From Lenisia limosa (Eukaryota; Protista; Breviatea), in assembly GCA_001655205.1 (NCBI GenBank), contig LPNZ01007335.1, positions 4,189 through 68,188 on the forward strand: DNA of 64,000 bases, written 5' to 3'. A program made the translations under genes and the position numbers. Positions 36,698-48,949 of the stretch are shown one piece after another (the first letter of the stretch is position 1; the number at the start of each line of letters is the position of its first letter). The notes beneath the pieces are model-generated. The model ran no database searches and was not told the DNA's origin. It was given only the letters and a program-made list of their open reading frames with translations.

Positions 36698-39309
36698 ATG
36701 ACATTAATGGTTTGACTTAAGTTGGAGTTTATTTTTTAGACCACTGTTTCCGGTGTTAGAGGCATCTTTGGGGAGTCTCTTTTCCCTGAAACTGTCTTTA
36801 AGTAAGCTATATAGGCCGATGACTAATAGATTTTCTCTTTCTTACTCTCTCCGTTCCTATCAACTTCCTTGCAGAGTTCTCATTGTCTAGGTACGTTACT
36901 GCCTTCGGAAACTATGTTTCGGAGGTTGAAACAGGAAAAAACATCGTAAGCATTTGGATTCCCTTAATTATATGTTTGTTCTGGAGGATTTCCCCGCAAG
37001 TTTTTTCCTCACGGTTTTTCCATAGATTGTTGGCCGTGATAGCCGTATTTCAGGCCCCGCTCTTATCCCCATTGCTATTGGCGTTTTACAGGTGGGTTGA
37101 ATTTCGCCCATTCCTTCCAACTATTTGCATTTGCCACTCTTATTGACCAGGGACAAGGGTTCAATGTTATTGACTGTGGAATCGTTCCCACCCCCACGGT
37201 AAGATTGGTTGTACCATGGGAGAAGAATAAAAAAAAACATTGCCGTTTGGAGATTGGAGTATTTTTTTTGAAACAAATGACAAGAATCTTATGTCTTGTT
37301 TGTAATTGGAAAAATATGGTAAACATTTGCGTCCCTCTGAGTGGTTACTCGTCTGAATTGAAGTTGTTGATCTTTGTAGGTACAAATGCTTGTTAAACTC
37401 CATAATGCGGCTGGAGGCCTCATCATCACTTCATCCCACAACCCCAGAGAGTGGAATGGTATGCAGTCTTCTTCCAAGAAATGTGCTAATGTTGTTAGGT
37501 TTAAAGTTTGTCAGTTCTGACTCCATGTTCCTTTCCCCCGAAGGGTAGGAAAACAATGTGACAAGACTAGACTCACACTGTAGATGCAAAAAGGTCTACG
37601 CTATGGTTGATAGTAACACTTTCCGAATGCCTGAAAAAAGTGAGCACCGTTACTCTATCGGAATAGTGTAGATGTAGCTGACCTCTTTAGTCACAGCTGG
37701 TAGTGTGACAAGCATTGAGACCGCCAACGATCAACACATTGACGCGATCTTTGCTCTCAAGGTCATTGATGTGGAATCTATCCGTGCTAAAAGGTTCAAA
37801 GTTGCTCTCGACACCATCCAGGGTGGGCTTGACGCAATCCATGTTAATCTAACGTCGCAGGTGCTGGAGGGCCAATGATGACAAAGATCCTTGAGAGATT
37901 AGGATGCGATGTATGATGAGGGAGTTATCAGCCCAATATGCTTCAATCTGAATCACTGGTTTGACACACTCAGGTTGTTACTATCAATGCAACTCCTTCC
38001 GGCGAGTTTGCACATACTCCCGAAGTGAGCTACCTCTGCTTCTCTTGTCATTGTTTACCCAAATAGCCTATTCCTGCCAATCTTGGAGATCTCTGCGATC
38101 TTGTTAAGGCAGTTAAGGCCGATATCGGTTTGTGGCTTGAAGTTGGGTCGAAGCCATTCGCTTTCAATCATAATTTGTCCTTACTCGTTGGATGTTTTCA
38201 CACCCAAGGTATTGCTGTTGACCCCGATGTGGATCGCTGTGTGTTGATTGACCAAAACGGCGATCACCTAGGTGAGGAGTATACCCTCGCCATTGCTGTG
38301 GATATGTACCTCAGAAGAACACAGGCCAAGGGATTTGTTGTCAAGAATCTGTCATCTTCGAAGGCCTCAGATGAGGTGGCTGCTCGGTACGGTTGCACCT
38401 GTGTCGCCGCCCCAGTCGGCGAAATCAATGTACGTCCTGGGTTGGGAGGGTAACATTTCTTATGACCATACAGGTTGCCAATGAAATGGTCCGTCTGAAT
38501 GCTGTCATTGGAGGTGGGGGGGGGGTTAAGATCAATATATTTCCTGAGTACAGGAGCTATTCACTCCTCCATTTCTCATTGCTGTATATTCACTTCTCCA
38601 GGCGAGGGCAATGGAGGTGTCATGCTTCCGGATCTGCACATCGGCAGAGACGCTCCTCTTGCGGCTGCTATGGGTATGTTCTGGATATCTATTGACAGCT
38701 TCGGCCAGATACAACTTTATTTTTTATTTCTCATTGCGCGATTGTGGGATAATTTACGCACCAGTTCTCCAAGCCCTTGCTGATAGTGGTACTTCCATTT
38801 CTGATCTGAAGAGCAAATTGCCCCAATGGTCTATTTACAAACTCAAAGTAGGTTAAGGTTAATGAAATATATGTGACAACGTACTTTACGTCTTAATATT
38901 GGCTACATCAATTTGCCTTCACCTTGAAGGCACCTCTGAAGGGGATCAAGCCCGAAACCGCAATTGCGAAAATCAAGGCCAAGTGGGAGTCCCAGGTTCT
39001 TAGTCTCAATGAGAAGGTCTGAAAGCGATTCATATCAAACAAATGGTCATGTTCTCTTACCCTGCAGGACGGTCTTCGTCTTGACACAGTTGATTGGTGG
39101 GTCCATCTGAGAAGGTAGGAATAATGATTCTTTTGACTTAACCCCAAAGGTCCAACACCGAGCCCATTATTCGAGTCATTGCTGAGGCTCGTGACGAAGC
39201 AACTTCCAAAGCCATTGCTACTCAGTGGGCTGGATTGTTTTCAACGCGCCACAAAGTAATATGTCAAAGCTAACTGATCAGGTTCATGGAGGAAATTGTC
39301 AAGTGTTAA
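36698..39309 (+). CDS. Alpha-D-phosphohexomutase (GlmM/PMM-like, bacterial 'MTLxxSxSGxRG' subfamily)
   Basis: MTLMTTVSGVRGIFG, IVGRDSRISG, GIVPTPT, ITSSHNPREWNGLKF (phosphoserine loop), AVDPDVDR (metal loop), PVGEINV, GGEGNGGV..LHIGRDA, WVHLRRSNTEPIIRVIAEA; TAA 39307-39309. Confidence 0.93.
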
Positions 39310-39432
39310 TTAGGTACTATTGATGCTGTGTAATATGTATTCTACTGTTCTGATTAAACCAAGACATAACCTGTTGTATTAGCATGAAACAAATGTATTA
39401 ACCGTAGAAACAAACATACAACAAGAATAAAA

Positions 39433-42400
39433 CTAAAGCCATGAAAGCTGATCGTACACCGTATCTCTGATCTAAAAAAAGTCAATAAGAGACAGAGAAA
39501 GGAAGGTTTCTGAAGCCTGACTAACCTGGAAGAAATCAGAGCCAAGAGAGCCTTCAACAACCACCTCCTCAGCTGCTGGCTTGGACACTACAGTGCCGGC
39601 GCCACAGGCCAATACACCCTTCTTGAAGGTCGCCTGGATCTCACGCTTGGCAAGCGCTTCTTTGATTGTCGACAGCTTCGTCTCACCAACAAGCAGCGGC
39701 TTGAACGTGAGAACATTACTATTAGGTCTTTAGAAGAACCCCCAGCGTACATCATCAGTAGCAGCAGTCTCAACTACCACCAATTCAGGAAGCTTAGCTG
39801 TTCTCTGCCTCTTTGGTTCGGGTTCGCCAGTTTCGTTTTCAAGGGCAATAACGTCTTCTTCCTCCTAGTGGGGTAAAAAGTACCTTTCCATGACACTCCT
39901 CCCCTCCATCATACGGGCATTCTGACTGTCGCATTGACAATAGCCAACGAGTAACCACCATCAAACTAAAACGGTCAGTTGGGGCAAGAACAACAGAAGT
40001 TAGCATTGATTGAAAACTGACTTGCTGGAACTGTAAACTGGCCAAGAGCGCAGGATGCACACGCACACGCGACACGAGGGAGTCAGACGTCACCTTCACG
40101 ACCTCGCCTTGACTCGGTACGTTGACGTCATGCAGAGAGGACTGTGCGGATGAAGGCAAGATAGAGTTACACCGAACGACAATCTAGTAGGAATCGAAGA
40201 ATACTGAGTTCATTGCTTGCCCATGCCTACTTTGATACAGTGCTGGCGAAGGGAACCCAGGGAGTCTGAGCTGCCATGCACGAGAACCTAGACATGTCAA
40301 TACCAAAATAATCACTGTACTTCTCATCACAATAACTTGCCACACTTCCTTTTCGCCATCATTACTACACCTTCATACCACTCGGCGCGGGGCCAAAGCG
40401 CTCACAACCGTTCTGATACTCTTGCCATCTGCACGTCCCTCAAGGTCAACGTAATGGCTCTGGGCCTTGATCGCAACAGGAAACTCAACCTGCGTGTTAG
40501 TATTACCAGCAACTTGGATATGAACACACCTGCTCATATTTTGCTGGCAAGAGGAGAGGGTCGGTCTGTTCCTCGGCTTCTTCAACTGCCATTTCAACAT
40601 CTTCGTTCTCGGCGGATTCGGATTGAAACTACTGAGTAATGGTGTGTGTGTNNNNNNNNNNNNNNNNNNNNNNNNNNNNNNNNNNNNNNNNNNNNNNNNN
40701 NNNNNNNNNNNNNNNNNNNNNNNNNNNNNNNNNNNNNNNNNNNNNNNNNNNNNNNNNNNAAGTATGTAGAGATGAGAAATAAAAATAGGTGGTGGTAATA
40801 TATACAACTCTGTGCAGCTTTCTGCGTGCCCAAACCTTCTTTTGATCCTCATCCATATAGCAAGACATATCTTCGACTTCACCGTAAGTGTCCGTCATAA
40901 TAACTGCAGTGATGAGAATCAACAGAGAGAGAGATTGACTGAAACAGACCTTTCCTGTCCTTGTATGAGAAAGATGAATAGTTAGCTTCTTCGAGAGCTT
41001 CACCAAGATAGAAGGACACTTCCGCCTGAAATATAAAGATAAGCGTGGGAAATGTAAATGCGAAGTATTTCTGAGACGCACCTACCTCAACGTCAGTGAA
41101 GGCACTCTTCACAGATAGAGAAGGCATTTCTAAAAGGTGAGTGTGTATTATAATCAAGAAATAATTGCTTCTTAGCATCAGGTCAATGGCCAATTACCAT
41201 ATAGTATACTATTAGTACATGATATGCCCCACGAACCAGGAGCTTCTTCCACAACAGTTGTATTGGATTCTTCCGAGGGTTCAGCAGCACCTAAGTTGTC
41301 AAGAAGGCAAGAAATACCCATTAGTATGGGTGAGAACAGACCTGAGGTTCCGACAACCGCCTGCCTTGCAAGCTCCTCTTCAGTCAAAAGAACACGCCGT
41401 CTTGACTGAATACTCAATTACACAGTCAATGATAATAATATATGTACGAGAAGAAAAAAAAAAGAGCAAAGCACATATATTCAAACAAGTGTCTCACTTC
41501 TTCGACCCCAAATACTGTAACAACAATGCTTATGATAACATTATAGCCCCATTAAGACCGATTTAAAATACAACAGGTGTTAGAAAATAACAAAGTTCAT
41601 CAAAATAAAGGAACCTCACTTTGAAATGGTAGAGGGAGGGTTTGTGCTTGAGAATGTCGTAGGATGCGGTATTGGGCACGGGAGTTTCGGAGAGGAGAAT
41701 AAGGTTCTAAGTAATAAGATATCAAACAATGAATATCCTTAGATGGCAAGACTTACAGCGGGGGAGGTGGCCCATTTGCAGAAAAGATCGAGGGCAAGGG
41801 ATGGTTCAAGATATACGCCTGATGCAAGACACACCTATGGGGGTTACCAAACTCTAGGTTCATCAAATTCATAATATCACCCCTGGAAGACATCACCCCC
41901 CATACCACTGGAAGACTTCTGGACAGAAACTCAACTTCAGCAACTGATGTGCAAAGTTTCACATTCTAAACTGATAAGTCTGAATAGCTGTGTCAAGTGA
42001 TAGTTTCCTGATTAAAACCAACATACAGGGAGTGTGAAGGGGTTTTCGTTTTTCGTTTCGAACATTTGTGCCATTCGTTCTCCCATCCACTCCAACGATG
42101 ATCGTGCCTGAAAAGATCAGTGGTCCAACATGAATGAGCAAAAAAACAATTCTAAAAAATGAGTTCATACGTTTTCAAGAGTTTGTCGAGGGTTATGTGA
42201 GAGAATGACGAGGTGAGCACTGTCGGCCATTTTCTTAATGGACCAAAACTGATCAAGCAGGAAAAGAGTCTCCAAAATGCGACCAGCAGGATCTACAGGA
42301 AGAAGAACGTGTCCTTTTTGTCGGATAGTCTACGAGATTAGGACATGTAAGGCCATACCCTGACGAGGGAGTCGAGGAGTGTGGCACCCCGTTGTTTTCT

Positions 42401-43509
42401 GGTCATTGGCTGAGTGGTGGCATCGCGAGAGTCCGTGATGAGCAGCGATGGTCTGCAGATTGAATGATGATGGGAATTATTGGCAGAAGGATGCTATTAT
42501 CCGTTGCTGATCAGAAATAAAACAGAATTGACATTACCTCGACAAAATTTCCAGGAGAGAACCAGAGAGATGATGCTCTCTTTTATGGTCCCAATCCACA
42601 GCATACACCACATCTTCGGTCTAGTGTGTTAATGACAGTTCACTTTGGTAGTTAATGACAGTTCCCAACATCAGCCACAACCTACTTCTTTACTAATCTT
42701 CCACACAGCACCACCCAATAAATGACCGGCCGAGAATGGTGTAACTGTAATACCAGACCCTACATCGTAAAGACTTTGGAACAATCAACAATATGAAGCT
42801 CGAGTCACGTTATACGCTGAATATTTGTATGACGCTAATTTCCGGGCAATCAACAAACCATTCCCAGTGAGCTGTAGAGGTTGCGAGTATTTCATTGTAG
42901 TGACAGCAGCAAACGCCACCGTAATGTCATCAAGCCCGAAGTCCGAAAACTCTTGGTGCTCAACATGCGAGCGAAGGGCTGTTGAATGAAACAGTTTAAA
43001 AATATGTGGTATGTCAGCTTGTGCACAGTTGAACCCCATTCATACCATCAGTTGCTGTTATGAGTCCCATATCATGGACAGGAATGGTGCAATAAATGGG
43101 AGCCTGAATGTTAAGAAGTCACTTCAACTGGCAAATACAAACCTTAAGTCCTCGTTTGACAAGATAAGGGAGAGCACCAATGTGGGAAAGAGAAGAGTGA
43201 GTAATCAGGACAACATCAATAGTGGGGATGGCCTCCAAAACCTAAGAAGTAAACTTGCAATATTGACATGGTATTGACTTGGGATACTGCATGCAGAAGG
43301 TTTAGGAACAGTTGAAGTTGCTTACCATTTCGATCTGTTTTTGTTGAAAGTCAAAGCCCCATCCGCAATCCAAGAGGATACGACATTCATCAACCTAAAA
43401 AAGGTGGTTAGATTCAGAGTAGGTTTGCTGAGGTTACCTCCAAGAGATAGGAGAAAGGAGAGTGCTCTCCATCAAAGACTAGCGGTGTAAACCGGACCAC
43501 TGCCGTCAT
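39433..43509 (-). CDS. CPSF2: Cleavage and polyadenylation specificity factor subunit 2 (CPSF100)
   Basis: MTAVVRFTPL, ILLDCGW, IDVVLITHSSLSHIGALPYL, RRVLLTEEEL, YVDLEGRADGKSIRTVVSALAPRRVVLVHG, EIQATFKKGVLACG, GSLGSDFFQIRDTVYDQL*. Confidence 0.95.
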
Positions 43510-43727
43510 TTTAAGTTTTTTTTTATATAACTAATGTGATAATCTTGTCTCTATCCGCATAAAGGTTTTTTGTGATTTTTATCCCTTATTTATAGAATGG
43601 CGTACACGCGACCTCTCTTATTAAAACCAAAAAAATCCCACGTTGATCCCACGCAAAACTAACATCTATCCTTTCGTATCATCAGTGTGTCCATATATAC
43701 GTATTACAAATAAATAATATATATAAT
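43510..43727. promoter_or_regulatory. 218-bp divergent promoter region between CPSF2 and NGDN
   Basis: Head-to-head ATGs at 43509 (-) and 43728 (+); contains ATCCCACGTTGATCCCACGC (CCCACGC is the reverse complement of GCGTGGG). Confidence 0.6.
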
Positions 43728-46322
43728 ATGGTGCTTGTCCCAAAAAAGAAGAAACTTCTGAAGAAGAGTAAGCTCCCTCTCCAAGTTTTTGTCCATGTTT
43801 TTAACTTATTTTTAGAACTTAGTAACAATTCCGCTGCGAAACAGAAGCCTACCGCTGGAGCACCCGCCTCCAAAAAGGTCGTTCCAACTCCTCAAAAGAA
43901 GAAGGCGGCTCCTCTTCCTAAAAGTGAAAAGCCTCTCGGCAAACCAATTGAAAAGCCTACAGCATTTAGTGGAATATCATTGCTGAGGGGTATCAAGGCC
44001 AAAGCTCTTGTTGAAGAAAAGGACATCCAGTTCGACAGTGAGGATGAAGACAGTTCTTCTGGGTATGTTACGGATTACCTCGATTGTCTATCCCCCTTTT
44101 CGTGTTTTTTTTTACCAACATCTCACCTCTCAAGGCCTCTCATTTCTTTTCAAAAATCATTGCTTCTTGTTCTCTCGTAAAGTCCTTGTTTCACCTCCCA
44201 GGAGTGAGGTTGAGATTGAAGAGGAGATAGAAGTGACAGATAGCGAAGAGGAGGAAGAGGAGGACAGATGGGAGGATGAGGTTGAGGAACTTGTGGAAAC
44301 TCAAACCATCGAAATGAAGAAGGTGAGTTTGTGTTTCTTTTTTTTTTTNNNNNNNNNNNNNNNNNNNNNNNNNNNNNNNNNNNNNNNNNNNNNNNNNNNN
44401 NNNNNNNNNNNNNTTGATGCATTTAGTTGCTTGTTGAAATCAAGGAAGCCCTTCACAAGACCCGCCAAAACATCGTATCCATGCAAAACGAGTGGGTGCT
44501 CTTGCATTAAAAAACAAAGCTTACAAACGATTTTTAGAGCTGACAAAGGAAACTATGAAGGCATTCAAGGTATCACACATTTGGATGTTAAGGTTCGATT
44601 TTGTACTGATAACGAGCTTATCTTTTACTGCTCTCATTTTTGTAGAACCATGTCTTGATTTCCTACCTGACAAGTTTGACACAATTCATTCTCTGTAAAC
44701 TGAAGGTGGGAGCATGTGAAATGTATGTACTATTTTTCATTTTTTGCTCATGTTTTAGGGTGAAAAAATTGAGGACAGTGAAGTTGTCGATATTTTGGTG
44801 AGAGTTATTCTTTTTTATTCTTTTTCTTAATTCCGTTTTGTTCTTTCTCCGCTATATAGGAAGGCTCGCAGAAAGCTGTATGGCCAGAGTTGTCAGGCAA
44901 ATTACTGGGAGAATTTAATATTTATTGTAATCCAGTGTTTCTTATAAGTGTGATGGTTTGGACGGCTCCTACCAGATAATACACCCATTTTTTTATTTCC
45001 CAGATCTACATAGTCTTTACATAAAAATTATCCCAATATTGGAATAATTATTTACAGATCCGTGATCGTGTTACTTTGGAGAAACTTCGCCCCATTGACA
45101 CCAAACTTAAGTACCAGGTGGGATATTGAGAGGACAATAGAGAAACCAGGTGGCTGGTTTGTATTATTACTTTAACAGGTGGAGGGTTAGGCTCCCAGCT
45201 TAGACTGTTTTCATGGTTTTAGATTGAAAAATTGCTTCGAATCTCTAAAGCTGGAGTGTCAACTGGTGCTGGTGGGGGGGAATATTGATGAATTGGACTT
45301 ATCTAGATTTGAAAAATAGTATTATCTCTTTTTTTTTTTAACTAAATCGCACCAAGTTGTTTAATTTACATCTCTACCTGCCTTGTGTAATGTTCGATGA
45401 CCGTGAAGATGGTACGCAATTTGCACCGCGTCCAGAAGACCTGGTGTCAAAGATGGAAGATGATGCTGAGGATGATGAAGAAAAGACTGGAGAAAAGGCC
45501 GTGTACAAGGCACCGAGACTTAGAAGTGCCCACTTTGATGACGCTAGTGGTTTGTGGTGACGTCATCTTGCTGATATTCGTGATAAAACCCTGCCTCATA
45601 TTTGTAGAAATGCAGAAGGCAATCAAGGAAGAAGAAAGGCTCAGGAAGAAAGCAGCAAAGTCTCAACTTGTCAAGGATGTAAGCACAATTCTTTACAATG
45701 CTCACCAACACGATTTGATGTTTGACTGTTTCAGGTTCAATCTGAGTTTACTAATAGGCCTGAAGAATCCGCAGTTATTGGTGGTCAATTGGGTGAGGAG
45801 GCCTCGTCATCATTTCCTCTCCGTTTCATGCCCCATCTCAGCTGGAGTGGTGTTTATTGACGTTTAAATACTACTTTGCTTGTGTTGTTTTACTTTGCAG
45901 AAAAGAACGTGAAAGGTCGTTACAAGAAGCTTCTGGAGGAGCAGAAAGAGCGACAACAGCATGAAGAGGACTACTTTATTAGGTATTTATTTTGAAGGCA
46001 ATTGATACTAAATTCAGCCTTATTAATTCTTCAGATTGGCTACATCAAAGAAGAAACAGAAGCAGCTCAAGCATGCCCATACCCATGCTTATGAAAGCCT
46101 TCATGACCTTGTGAGTGCACTTTTCCTGGAGACTTACTTTTTAGACAAACTTCTCTGGGTTTGGTGCACTCAATGACCACAAGGACAAAAAGTCAAAAGC
46201 CTCCCTCCTCAGGCAGCAGGATGTGTCAAGAAATGAGGACTTCAAGGGTGAAGGCAAGAAGAAGAGGTGCACTCGATGGTCCTCATCTTTCCCAGTTGTA
46301 ATCAACTCACACCTCACATAAT
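43728..46322 (+). CDS. NGDN: Neuroguidin/Lcp5-like SSU processome factor (Sas10/Utp3/C1D domain) with long basic+acidic N-terminus
   Basis: NHVLISYLTSLTQFILCKL, RDRVTLEKLRPIDTKLKYQIEKLL, FAPRPEDLVSK, VYKAPRLRSAHFDD, HEEDYFIRLATSKK. 3' end approximate. Confidence 0.8.
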
Positions 46323-46909
46323 ATATAGTATCGATACATATACAGTATATATATATATGCTATACAATGAAATGATTGCTTGGGGTGATCGTCAATTTAT
46401 ATAATTTTCCTACTTTTTTAAAAAGTAGGTTTTTCTTTTCCCCCTGACCCCATACCCCCATACCTCATTATGTATATATTCTGTATATATTTGTGGGGTC
46501 TCTGGCGAGACTCCCTCCATAGGAAAACTCTTACATAATAACACTATATCGATAATCATAAATATTTGACGACTACCCGAGTGTTTTTTTGTGACATTGA
46601 TTTGAATTGAGGGGAAGTATTGTTTTCTCTTCTCACTCCCTAGGCGACGCAGGTAGAATGTTTTGGTTATTTAGAATGTATTTTTGGCATGGTCTTATCA
46701 TGGACTTTCCTGCCCTTGTTTTATTCTGGTTTTTTGTTGCCCAAAACTGGAAGGGAACACGGTGCCCCGGTGCGGCCTGAGAGGAAGAAAAAAAAAGTAA
46801 AAAAAAATTAACCACTTATCAATCACCTTGACTGAACCAACCCCAACATTGTTGAGAACGTTAGAGACTTAAATTAAAAATCACAGTTGGTAGCAACAGA
46901 AAGATCACA

Positions 46910-48698
46910 ATGAACCTAACACCAGCGAATGCTCCGAAAACGCTGTCCAGCCGGATATCCACCATGAAGGTTGGTCTTGTTTACAGTAATGGAGTTTATC
47001 AAGCCAGTTTATGCAAAGGGGCAGTGAAAGGAAGAACCTCAGTGCCATCAAAAAGGCTGTAGCTCCAAAACCTGCTGCCCCCACACCTCCCCCGTCAGCT
47101 TTAGAGCAGTTCGCAACAAAGTTGGTAGTTTAGGGGCCATTCAGCCTCACGTTATTTCCTTTCCTCGTGCTCACTTGATTACTAAGGTTTATTGGAATAT
47201 TTGCGTTTTTTGGCTTGACAAGAGCTTTCTATTTAAAAATGTATGTAACATAAGGTTATTTTATGGAACAGTTTACATTTAACTTTAAAATCCTCATCAC
47301 CCTTCTCAATGGATTCAAGCTGTTATATTTACCTGCCCCCAGGATTGTTGTTGATCGGTCCTTTACTATCTGCTCAGCAAGAGGGGCGCATAAGGTGACA
47401 AGAAAGTCTTTTGGAAACTTCAACCCCAAGGTAACTCTCAACTTCTTTGATAAGTTTACTTTCTTTTGGTTTGATTTGTGTAGACTGAAGAGTTAGAGAA
47501 ATTACACGATGAGACAAAGTAAGCTCTGTTATTTATTCTTTTGTTATTGGCATAGTATTGTTCATTGACCCTTAAAGTATGGCCATCCATGCAATAGAAC
47601 AGGAGAAGAAGGAAAAGATGTCCGAAGAGGAAATGACCGAGTACTACCTCTCCATGAAGAAGGCGGCTCCGATTCCAGTGGAGGTGAGATAAGTTTCAAA
47701 ATTATATTTTGAATACATTAGGGGCAAATAAGGTGTAACAAAATGCCAATGATATGTTCACACATACCCAGAAGTGATATGATCATATGATCAACTTTCG
47801 AGTGAAAATGATGAATGAAGATAGCACGAGAGTGTATCAGTGTATCATTGAGACTTGTTGGCAATTATCATGCAAGTGGATGGTATCATATCACTACATG
47901 GAAAACGATAGTTCATGTGAAAATGACACAAAAGTGATATAGTCCCTCAATAATTCAAGTTTGAAAGGATTCAGTTGATGACTTTTGTTTCACAATTCCC
48001 CAGGAACCCGCTAAGACTGAGTCAAATGAAACAGAAACGAAGCCGATCCCTAAGGGTTTGGGGAGGGTTATTGTAAAGCTTTTCAAACTACATAGTATAG
48101 CCTAATATATAATTTTGTGTAATAGATCATCATTTCTGTCAATTCATGTAGGAATTAAAAAAAAATACCATCAAACACAATGTTATAAAAAATTTTAGTT
48201 AAAAAGAGATATGTCACCAACCAGTCCATCTTTGTTGACATCAACAAATGCTCAAAAAGCGATTAGTAATCTTGTTTGCTCCACTCAAATGTAACATTTT
48301 TAAAATGTGCAATGCTACTACAGTCATGACAGATTAAAACTGAATTATTTGAGCAGTCCACAGACATTTAGTATTTCTTTTGTCCAGGAGTTGTTGAAAT
48401 AATAATATCTGAGAGGCGGTGGTCATGGAAGTACAGGTGTTTTTTGAGCCCTTGAAATAGCCTTATAATTCTTTCTCTTTGAATTGGCTTACTATTGTTG
48501 TTGTTTTTTTTGTTTTTTGACGTTTCTGATTTATTTTTAGACAAGTCTCAAATGACCGAAAAGGAGAGAGAGTTGCTGAAGATGAGAAGGAAAGCAAACA
48601 AAGCTGAGAAGAAAAAGAGAGAAAAGCATCGCAAGAATAACGAACGTCAAATCACATCAATCTCTTCAGCGACAAAAGAGAGAAGATGGAATAAGTAA
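46910..48698 (+). CDS. MPHOSPH6: M-phase phosphoprotein 6 (nuclear exosome cofactor)
   Basis: LSSRISTMK|FMQRG (cf. LSKNLLRMKFMQRG) and RKSFGNFNPK..EKL (cf. RMSFRGFNPEVEKL); basic C-terminus ending at TAA 48696-48698. Confidence 0.85.
47769..47943. repeat. Interspersed repeat copy A (intron of MPP6)
   Basis: Shares ordered blocks AAGTGATAT, GTATCATTGAGACTTG, CAATTATCAT, GTGGATG, GGAAAA(C/T)GATAGTTCA, GTGAAAAT and GATATAGT with 50869-51081. Confidence 0.8.
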
Positions 48699-48949
48699 GA
48701 CTCTTTTCGTCTACATGTCCTTGCCGGCTGCGAATCAAGGAAGTTCAAATGTTCTGAACGTTATCCTCTATTTTTTTTTAGTTATTGTTATGCATTTATG
48801 GTTCCGCAACGGTCGATTCACAAGTTTTGCTGACAGCCACAGTGATATGTTAGAAATATACATAGCTAATTAAAAAAATGATACATCATGGCAATAAAGT
48901 ACACCAACCAAGAAACAATAAACCAGAGAGAAGAACAAAGTAATCATTT

